Below are positions 43,011 to 49,985 of a stretch of 64,000 bases of DNA, piece by piece. Source of the stretch: Parachlamydiales bacterium (GTDB lineage: Bacteria > Chlamydiota > Chlamydiia > Chlamydiales > JAEYWL01); NCBI GenBank assembly GCA_020054065.1, contig JAGVLX010000002.1, forward strand, positions 1,054-65,053. The letters run 5' to 3'. The position numbers were made by a program, and so were the translations under genes. The number at the start of each line of letters is the position of its first letter. The stretch's first letter is position 1. The notes beneath the pieces are model-generated. The model was not told where the DNA came from. It made no database searches and saw nothing but the letters and a program-made list of their open reading frames with translations.

Positions 43011-44304
43011 GCGACTCCAAAACTCCTATTTTTTCATCGACATCGATGAAATGTTCGATAAGCAAGGCCGCCAACCGTTCAACTGAACCGAAGAGCGAGC
43101 TTACTACCATTGCGGGGCAATGGGTTTGTCCCTGATGCGGTTTGGAAAATACTTTAATGTGCTTAGGCAGATTAAAGTCGATTTCCACAAAACCGCAGCT
43201 CCACGCGCGTTGATAAACATCCCGAATCTGCACTTCAGCCCAAGGGCCGTGGCGAACAAGATTTTCCTCATCAACTCGATAGGCAATGCCACACTGTTTC
43301 AAGGCATCTACTAACGTGGCAACACCGGCATCCCATTCAGGAAAAGCGGGTGTTTTTTTATGGGTTCGAGCTCTTAAAATCCACTCATGCTCGAAACCGA
43401 GAATTGTAATCATTTCCCGAATGAATTGCAAGGACGAAATCAGCTCATGCCCCAGCTCTTTCATTCCTGAAAACGCATAAGTGAGCCCCATGGTCGCATG
43501 GGTGTGATCCATCAGATTGTGGGTGTACCCAACCTCTTCGGTGCGAGAAATTTGAACCCATTCAGCCCATCGTAGGGAGTCCGTTGCAACGAGTTTAGCG
43601 ATCTCTTGCAGCGATGCTGTAGGATCTCTTTGAATTTCAGGAAATTGCCTGTGGCCCACTCCCTTACGCCAATACGCCTGCAGGGCATGGAGTAAGGCTG
43701 CGCCCTTGGACAGCCATACCAGTTGACCGGACGGCAGGAACGTAAAATATTTCTTTTGAGGGCCTAGGGTGCGATGGTCGCGCGCGCGGGCTGACTCGAG
43801 GTGCTTCAAAAAAGTTTTAAGGGTTTGTTTGTCACTTGCGGCAGTCCCCGTGATGCGAATGATCTCCAGCTCTTCCTCCCCTTTCATTTCTGAGATGTCA
43901 AACAGCTTATAGGCGGCTAACGCTTTGGTGGTCGGAGTGAAGGGCCCAGCCGAGAGGTCATAAAAATCGCCGATGCGGCAGAGGTCGACAAATTTAGTTT
44001 TAAGGGCTTCAAGCTGTTCAACCAACAACACTTGTTTGCGGTGCGCCATGAGTTGGATGGCGTTTGTGCGCAGCATGGTTACTGATTCAATGGGGAGATC
44101 CTCGGTGATTAAAAAGCGGACCCGTTCTTCGATTTGAGGTAAATATTCTTTTGAAATCGGTTGGGAGAAGTAGAAATCGTAGTGAAACCCTAATTCATTT
44201 ATCGCGCTGCCAATAAGTTTCGCGTGAGGAAATAGGTCTAAGATGGCAGAAGCGACAACTTCGGCTAAGGAGCGGTGCAGGGTGGGTAAGGGTGAAGAAG
44301 TCAT
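42979..44304 (-). CDS. truncated, catalytically degenerate threonyl-tRNA synthetase paralog
   Basis: FPHAKLIGSAINELGFHYDF, ARARDHRTLG and QRAWSCGFVEIDFNLP..SSLFGSVERL align with ThrRS. There is no TGS or anticodon-binding domain, and the motif-2 region is missing. Start set at ATG 44304, because the track's longer ORF would overlap the tRNA. Confidence 0.75.
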   Translation of the reverse strand: MTSSPLPTLHRSLAEVVASAILDLFPHAKLIGSAINELGFHYDFYFSQPISKEYLPQIEERVRFLITEDLPIESVTMLRTNAIQLMAHRKQVLLVEQLEALKTKFVDLCRIGDFYDLSAGPFTPTTKALAAYKLFDISEMKGEEELEIIRITGTAASDKQTLKTFLKHLESARARDHRTLGPQKKYFTFLPSGQLVWLSKGAALLHALQAYWRKGVGHRQFPEIQRDPTASLQEIAKLVATDSLRWAEWVQISRTEEVGYTHNLMDHTHATMGLTYAFSGMKELGHELISSLQFIREMITILGFEHEWILRARTHKKTPAFPEWDAGVATLVDALKQCGIAYRVDEENLVRHGPWAEVQIRDVYQRAWSCGFVEIDFNLPKHIKVFSKPHQGQTHCPAMVVSSLFGSVERLAALLIEHFIDVDEKIGVLESLESKPRNSRP

Positions 44305-44378
44305 TGGGATATAGCTGACTCGAACAGCTGACCTCCACGATGTCAACGTGGCGCTCTAACCAACTGAGCTAATATCCC
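44305..44378 (-). tRNA. tRNA-Val (anticodon GAC)
   Basis: Reverse complement GGGATAT-TA-GCTC-AGTTGGTTA-GAGC-G-CCACG-TTGACAT-CGTGG-AGGTC-AGCTG-TTCGAGT-CAGCT-ATATCCC-A. Full cloverleaf of 74 nt, with no encoded CCA. Confidence 0.92.
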
Positions 44379-44433
44379 GTGTTGATTAAGAAACTGAGAG
44401 CATACGCTAGGGGAAGAAAAAAATGCAAGTGGA

Positions 44434-44462
44434 TTGACAAGTTTACCAGAGGGTGACAATAT
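44434..44462 (+). promoter_or_regulatory. candidate sigma70-type promoter of 44491 gene
   Basis: TTGACA (44434-39), N17 containing TG, then CAATAT (44457-62). A strong AAGGAGG SD lies 7 nt before ATG 44491. Confidence 0.45.
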
Positions 44463-44490
44463 GTCGCGCTTACCGATAAGGAGGAAGGGT

Positions 44491-45132
44491 ATGGCTTGGG
44501 GAATCATGATCTACACATCAGTTAGGGATACTTATTGCGGAAAGCTATTTTGCAAACACATCGATTCCTATCAAAACGGGCCGAAGGATAATGCGATCAA
44601 GCGTTCGGGTAACAATGTGGCGATCCGTTTTCGTTTAGGATTGACGGCTATACCCGCTCTTTTGGCGATGATCACTGATTTTGCATTAGGATTGATTATC
44701 GGCGTCGGCGATTTATTAATCGGCCGGTTTGTCCCGCTGGCGTACCATGCCAAAAAGTTTACGGTGTTTGGAATTTCTAATGGGTATACGGCATGCGTGT
44801 GTTTAAAAGGCGCGCTCGCAGGACCCTCGTTTGTTGCGCATATTCCGCAAGATGCGTTGAATTGTGAGCAGGGATATTTGAACAACAAGAAATTCAAATT
44901 TTCCAGATTATTTAACGATCAAGATCAAAATATTCAAACAATTCGCGGGCTTGTGGAGGCGTTTAATCAATTATGTACGCTTTCAAAAAGACGCCTGATT
45001 GGGTCGATTCGTTATGAAGTGGATCACCCGGAATTTTCCATCACCCATTTTGAATTTATAGACCGCATTGAAAAGACGTATCGGGAGTTGTTTAGGTTTG
45101 CGACCCAGTTGCGCGAAGGGTATGTAGTGTAA
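44491..45132 (+). CDS. hypothetical membrane protein with bilobed hydrophobic domain (Inc-like candidate)
   Basis: LGLTAIPALLAMITDFALGLIIGVGDLLIG. Start set at ATG 44491 (AAGGAGG SD), not the track's TTG at 44434, which coincides with the -35 box. Confidence 0.6.
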   Translation: MAWGIMIYTSVRDTYCGKLFCKHIDSYQNGPKDNAIKRSGNNVAIRFRLGLTAIPALLAMITDFALGLIIGVGDLLIGRFVPLAYHAKKFTVFGISNGYTACVCLKGALAGPSFVAHIPQDALNCEQGYLNNKKFKFSRLFNDQDQNIQTIRGLVEAFNQLCTLSKRRLIGSIRYEVDHPEFSITHFEFIDRIEKTYRELFRFATQLREGYVV

Positions 45133-45226
45133 AAACGACAAAACGACCAAAACGACTAAAAGGACCAAAAGGACAATTTTTGGTCCTTTACGTCCTTTTG
45201 GTCGTTTTGTCGTTTGTCCTTTTTTG
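45131..45226. repeat. Family B palindromic element, copy B5
   Basis: aaaaacgacaaaacgaccaaaacgactaaaaggaccaaaaggaca / ggtcctttacgtccttttggtcgttttgtcgtttgtccttttt. The right arm encodes the last 12 codons of uvrC. Confidence 0.88.
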
Positions 45227-47041
45227 AAACACTTCCAAAAGGGTTCTGGCATTGCTATCGGAAATCCCTTTCACTTCTTTGAGCTGCTCTAAAGTCGCTT
45301 CTTTCATGGCGCGCACACTGCCAAAATGTTTCAGTAGGGCTTTCCGTTTGACTGGGCCGATCCCGGCAATCGCATCCAACACACTCCCCAAGCTTTGCTT
45401 AGAGCGGCGGTGACGTTGAAATGTAATGGCAAAACGGTGCGCTTCATCGCGGATTTGCTGAAGCAAAAAAAGGACTGACGAATTCGGTTTTAAAGTCACC
45501 GGCTGATCAAGATCGATCACAAACACGCGCTCGGCCGTCATTCCTTTATCATGGCGTCCCTCTTCTTTGGCCAAGCTGATGATGTCGACTGTCGCAATAT
45601 CCAATTCTTCGAATACCTCGTGAGCCACCCCTAAATGCCCTTTTCCGCCATCGATCATTATGAGATCGGGCAGATTATTTTCTATTTTCGCTTTTTGATA
45701 TCTTCTTAAGAGCACTTCACGCAATGCCGCATAATCATCGTAAGCCCCGGCGGTTTTGATTTTGAACTTGCGGTAATTCGATTTATCTTTTTGTCCTTCT
45801 TTAAAAGAGACTAAAGCAGAAACCGGTTCGGTTCCCCCGAGGTTGGAGTTATCGATGCATTCAATGCGCCGTGGATAGTGCTCCAATTGAAACAGCTCTT
45901 GCATCTCCAATAAGATTTTCTCTTTGAGTGCCTGTTGATCTTTACCTAATTTAAAGGCTTCCTCCGCATTGGTGTAAGCCATTTCTAACATCGTACGTTT
46001 CGCCCCACGCTGGGGATAAAGAATCTCCAGAGTGCGCGGACGAGAGGCGGACAACACTTCGGCGATGACCGAGTGATTATCCAACTGCAGCGGCAGCAAA
46101 ACCTCATGCGGAATTTCCGGCTGCTGCGGATAATGTTGCATCAAAAACGACTCAAGCAGCTCTGCGTCGGTTTGGAGGTTATTCGAAAAATGATAGTGCT
46201 TCACGCCCAGTAATTTGCCCGAACGGTAAATCATGAGAGCGACTGCAAGCTCCTCTCCTTGACGATACAGTCCCACGACGTCTGTATCACTTCCCAGTGG
46301 CTTATCAACGAGCTGTCCTTCAATCGTGCGTTCAATATGCTGAATGGTTTTTAGAATCTGATCGGCCTGTTCAAATTCAAGATTTAACGCCGCTTGCTCC
46401 ATGTCGGCATAGAGTTCTTTTAAAATTGCTTGATCCTGCCCTTTTAAAAATTGAATCGTCCGTTTGACAAGCGTATCATACTCTTCTTGAGTGCACATCC
46501 CCACACAGGGAGCAATGCAGCGCTTCATATCATAGAGGATGCACGGGCGCGTGCGGCGCGCTAATTCCTGATCGGAGCATTGCCGCATCGGGAAAAGACG
46601 TTGCAGCAAATCTAATGTTTGCCGTGCGCTATACGCACTAGTGTAGGGACCAAAATATTGGCCATCTGCTTTGGGCTTCCCGCGGTACCGCACTAACTGG
46701 ACCATTGGCCACTGATCGCGGGTGGTGACTTTTAACGCGATGTAGGTTTTATCATCCTTAAGGATCGCATTATATTTGGGGACGTGTTGCTTAATCAGGG
46801 TATTCTCAAGCAGCAACGCCTCTTTTTCCGAGGTCACAATGATGCATTCAATCGCTTCCACTTTGGAGATTAGAAACGGGATCATTTCCCGGTTGTCGCG
46901 GCCAGGAAAGAAATATTGCTTGACCCGTTGCTTGAGATTATTGGCTTTCCCCACATACAGCACTTTGCTGTGAGCGTCTTTCATGACATAGACACCCGGC
47001 TTTTGGGGAAAATCTTCTAATTTTTTTAGATCGAAAGGCAT
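45188..47041 (-). CDS. uvrC: excinuclease ABC subunit C
   Basis: PGVYVMKD..VLYVGKANNLKQRV (GIY-YIG); UvrBC-interaction and RNase H-like regions; C-terminal HhH (IAGIGPVKRKALLKHFGS). ATG 47041 is preferred over TTG 47065. Confidence 0.92.
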   Translation of the reverse strand: MPFDLKKLEDFPQKPGVYVMKDAHSKVLYVGKANNLKQRVKQYFFPGRDNREMIPFLISKVEAIECIIVTSEKEALLLENTLIKQHVPKYNAILKDDKTYIALKVTTRDQWPMVQLVRYRGKPKADGQYFGPYTSAYSARQTLDLLQRLFPMRQCSDQELARRTRPCILYDMKRCIAPCVGMCTQEEYDTLVKRTIQFLKGQDQAILKELYADMEQAALNLEFEQADQILKTIQHIERTIEGQLVDKPLGSDTDVVGLYRQGEELAVALMIYRSGKLLGVKHYHFSNNLQTDAELLESFLMQHYPQQPEIPHEVLLPLQLDNHSVIAEVLSASRPRTLEILYPQRGAKRTMLEMAYTNAEEAFKLGKDQQALKEKILLEMQELFQLEHYPRRIECIDNSNLGGTEPVSALVSFKEGQKDKSNYRKFKIKTAGAYDDYAALREVLLRRYQKAKIENNLPDLIMIDGGKGHLGVAHEVFEELDIATVDIISLAKEEGRHDKGMTAERVFVIDLDQPVTLKPNSSVLFLLQQIRDEAHRFAITFQRHRRSKQSLGSVLDAIAGIGPVKRKALLKHFGSVRAMKEATLEQLKEVKGISDSNARTLLEVFQKRTNDKTTKRT

Positions 47042-47065
47042 TCCTCTATCATAGGGAAAGCGCAA

Positions 47066-48124
47066 TTAGCTGGCTAGCTTAAGAGGCGACTCTTGGGCTT
47101 CTTGCAGGGCCAATTGACCGCAGGCGGCGGCAATATCATCCCCTTTCGTGTAACGGCAGGTATTGGTAATCCGGGCGCCAAACAAGACGCTGCGGAAATC
47201 TTTGATCGCCCTCTTTTCCGGCCGGCGCAATTTAAGTCCTGCCACCGGATTATACGGGATTAAATTGATAGTGCAGTGTTTTCCAGCTAGGAGATGGGCC
47301 AGCTCAAACGCATGGTCCGGATGGTCGTTGATTCCCGCAATCAGGGTGTACTCATACGTAATGATCCGTTTGGTTTGGGCGGCATAATCATCCATCGCCG
47401 CCAAAATATCTTCTAATGGATACTTACGAGCATAAGGAATGATTTTTTGACGGATCCGCTGGTTCGGGGCATGAAGCGAGAGCACTAGATTAACCTTAAT
47501 CCCCTCACGAGCTAACCGCCGGATGCCCTCAACCACGCCGACGGTGGAGACCGTGATGCGGCGCGGCGATAACGCTAATCCTTTCGGATCGGTCAGCATA
47601 TGGATCGACCGGATCACTGATTCATAATTTTTTAGGGGTTCGCCCATCCCCATGAAAACAATGTGGCACACCCGCTCTTTTTTCCGTTCCAGCCACTTAT
47701 TGATATGGAGCACCTGTCCGACAATTTCTCCGGGATGCAGATTGCGGAAAAATCCCATTTTGCCTGAAGCGCAAAACGCGCATTTGGCGGGACAGCCGAC
47801 CTGAGAAGAGACGCAAACGGTGCGGCGGTCGTCGGCACAAATCAAAACGGCTTCGACCAGTTTTCCATCGGTTAATTTATAGAGAAATTTGAAGGTTTGT
47901 TTGTCTTCTGAGGGGGTAACTTTGACCAGTTCGAGTCCGGAAAGGGTGAAATGCTCATTGAGCTGTTTTCTCAATTCTTTGCTCAGATTGCTCATTTCCT
48001 CGAAAGAAATCGCCGCTTTTTGATAAATCCATTGATAAATCTGTTCAGCGTGGAAACGCTGATGACCTTGGCGCTCTAGCCAGTCAATCAATTCTTGCAG
48101 GGATAGTTCTAAAAAATTTTTCAT
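47066..48124 (-). CDS. rlmN: 23S rRNA/tRNA m2A methyltransferase RlmN (radical SAM)
   Basis: VCVSSQVGCPAKCAFCASG..FMGMGEPL..LSLHAPN. Start set at ATG 48124 (MKNFLELSLQEL); the 60-codon upstream extension in the track is AT-rich and non-homologous. Confidence 0.9.
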   Translation of the reverse strand: MKNFLELSLQELIDWLERQGHQRFHAEQIYQWIYQKAAISFEEMSNLSKELRKQLNEHFTLSGLELVKVTPSEDKQTFKFLYKLTDGKLVEAVLICADDRRTVCVSSQVGCPAKCAFCASGKMGFFRNLHPGEIVGQVLHINKWLERKKERVCHIVFMGMGEPLKNYESVIRSIHMLTDPKGLALSPRRITVSTVGVVEGIRRLAREGIKVNLVLSLHAPNQRIRQKIIPYARKYPLEDILAAMDDYAAQTKRIITYEYTLIAGINDHPDHAFELAHLLAGKHCTINLIPYNPVAGLKLRRPEKRAIKDFRSVLFGARITNTCRYTKGDDIAAACGQLALQEAQESPLKLAS

Positions 48125-48292
48125 ATAATACTGGATTTTTGATTTATCATTTCTGAAACAGTTTACCACATTGAGAAATTTGAATAAACAGAACATTGCA
48201 TAATCTTTTTTATTTTGACTAAATATAAGAAAATGAAGTAACTTACCTAAAAGTTTTAAGAACATCTTAATTTTTATAAACAGGAGATAACC

Positions 48293-48775
48293 ATGATTAA
48301 ACAATTCTTTCTCTTAGGCGCAGTGTCTGCATTAGCTTTTTCATCCGGTCTGTACAGCGAAGAAACAGATAACCAAGACGACAACAATAAGCCAGGTGTG
48401 ATCTTCGTGGCCGAAGATAACAACGACGAAGAGAACGACAAACTTGCTTGCTTCTGCAACAATGACGAAGACGAGCAAAAGTATGCGACTGAAGAAAACG
48501 ACCAAGAAGACGAAGATGATGTTGTTTTCGCTTCTAACGAAGATGAGCAAGACGAAGAGAATAAATTGGCTTGCGAAGGGTGCACAAAAGATGGCGATGA
48601 CGATCAAGAACAAACGATCTTAGCTAGCTGCGAAGGCGGCAAGTGCCCATCCTTGATGGTTGAGCGTCTTAGAGAAGAGAAAAGAAACCAAAACAACCAA
48701 CAATACCCACAAACCCAGCCAGCTCCAGCTCCTCAGCCAACCCAAGCTCCACAATGCAATTGCCAGTACGCTTAA
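48293..48775 (+). CDS. secreted highly acidic Cys-motif protein
   Basis: Signal peptide MIKQFFLLGAVSALAFSSG. The D/E/N-rich body has the repeated motifs DKLACFC, NKLACEGC and ILASCEGGKC, and a Q/P-rich tail. AGGAGA SD. Confidence 0.7.
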   Translation: MIKQFFLLGAVSALAFSSGLYSEETDNQDDNNKPGVIFVAEDNNDEENDKLACFCNNDEDEQKYATEENDQEDEDDVVFASNEDEQDEENKLACEGCTKDGDDDQEQTILASCEGGKCPSLMVERLREEKRNQNNQQYPQTQPAPAPQPTQAPQCNCQYA

Positions 48776-48804
48776 TTCAACGTTAAATTTTAAAGTTTGT
48801 TAGA

Positions 48805-48836
48805 AAAAGGCACTCAGAAATGGGTGCCTTTTTTAT
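48805..48836 (+). terminator. Rho-independent terminator
   Basis: aaaaaggcactcagaaatgggtgcctttttt: GC stem plus T-run, 30 nt after the stop at 48775. Confidence 0.7.
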
Positions 48837-48860
48837 TTAAAAGACAGAACGACAATATTT

Positions 48861-49034
48861 ACCACAGAGGCACAGAGAACACAGAGAGATAAAAAAATAA
48901 CAAGGGTGACGACTATAACCAGGATTAGAGAAAGAATGAAATCGATGTCGGTAAGGAGAATCGATTCATGCAAATTCTAATTTTATCCCTTGTATCTCGG
49001 TATTTTATCTCTGTGATCTCTGTGCCTCTGTGGT
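48861..49034. repeat. Family A palindromic element, copy A5 (longest form)
   Basis: accacagaggcacagagaacacagagagataaaa (48861-95) pairs with ttttatctctgtgatctctgtgcctctgtggt (49003-34). The 107-nt core has further nested palindromes (acaaggg/cccttgt; gaatcgat). The core start aaaaataacaa.g..ataaccagga is shared with A1. Confidence 0.9.
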
Positions 49035-49038
49035 GAAA

Positions 49039-49893
49039 TTAGACTTTTTGACCAGAAAAGGCGGACTTGACATTGCGCCACCAGATTTTTAGAAGGCGGC
49101 CAATATCTTTTTGACTCCATAACCAATTGAGTACAGTTGCCATCCCGAAATACGAGTTCAACACACGCATCGTCTCCCAAAAGTGGGTCATAATCATCGA
49201 ACGGGTGAACCCGCGCAAATCATAATCGGTGAGGACGCGAGGTGTAGAAAAATGCCGGAGTTCATCCTGCAGCGCAAAACGGCACATCAGGTCAAACCCC
49301 CCGCGCAAGTGATAGTCGGTATGAAATTTTCCCAGCTCGCGCAAGGTGTCCGCCTTAAACCAGCACGACTGGAGGCTGGTCGGCTGCAACCCCTTTTTTA
49401 ATAGGGAAAGGGACATGGGGCGGTAAAGGATTTTTACTTCAGAGACCCCATCGCGTAAGACGCTGCCGCCATATACGAGTTCCGGTTTATCATTATTTAA
49501 GGCGAGCGCCATCATGATTTTATGCGTCCGGTAATCGATATAATAGTCTCCGGGAAAGAGGAAATTAATATACTGCCCATTCGACATGGAGATCCCCTTA
49601 TTTAACATATCGTAGCGGTGGTAGGTCGTCACCGTGCAGATACGAATGCGCGGATCAAAATAACTTTTTACCATTTCGATCGTACGGTCAAGGGAACCCG
49701 CGTCGATCACAATGATCTCCAAATCGGGGTAATCCTGCGCTAGCACACTGTCGAGGGTCAGCGTAATGGAACTGGCATTGTTTAGGGTAGGAATGACAAC
49801 CGTGACCTTGGGATAGTCTGAATGGTCATAATGTTTCTCCTCGATGAGCAGATCCCAAGGAGTGACAACAGGATTGTTAGACTCGCCGTTCAT
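49039..49893 (-). CDS. family 2 glycosyltransferase
   Basis: VTVVIPTLNNASSITLTLDSVLAQDYPDLEIIVIDAGSLDRT. Confidence 0.82.
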   Translation of the reverse strand: MNGESNNPVVTPWDLLIEEKHYDHSDYPKVTVVIPTLNNASSITLTLDSVLAQDYPDLEIIVIDAGSLDRTIEMVKSYFDPRIRICTVTTYHRYDMLNKGISMSNGQYINFLFPGDYYIDYRTHKIMMALALNNDKPELVYGGSVLRDGVSEVKILYRPMSLSLLKKGLQPTSLQSCWFKADTLRELGKFHTDYHLRGGFDLMCRFALQDELRHFSTPRVLTDYDLRGFTRSMIMTHFWETMRVLNSYFGMATVLNWLWSQKDIGRLLKIWWRNVKSAFSGQKV

Positions 49894-49985
49894 ATTTTTA
49901 GAATAGTGATGCCATTAAACAGATTCAATAAGAAAATTATTCAATTCGTTTATATTTAACTAGAGCGCGCCCTTCGCGCGCACCT

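Noticed and set aside
44305-44346. Longer N-terminus (start 44346) for the ThrRS-like ORF
   Set aside because: Those 14 codons lie inside the tRNA-Val gene. The ThrRS homology begins after Met15, so ATG 44304 was used.
48274-48613. Ser-rich and Phe/Val-rich minus-strand ORFs opposite the acidic protein gene
   Set aside because: They are antisense products of GAA/GAC/GAT-rich low-complexity coding sequence. The plus-strand gene has the signal peptide, SD and terminator.
48761-48775. C-terminal CQYA of the acidic protein as a CaaX box
   Set aside because: The protein has a Sec signal peptide and would be exported to the periplasm or envelope, not to the host cytosol, so the pattern is probably coincidental.
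49961-49983. GC-rich palindrome gcgcgcccttcgcgcgc after gene 49986..51329 as a third repeat family
   Set aside because: It is a single occurrence with no T-run and no similarity to families A or B. It may be a weak terminator, but that is not supportable as a family.
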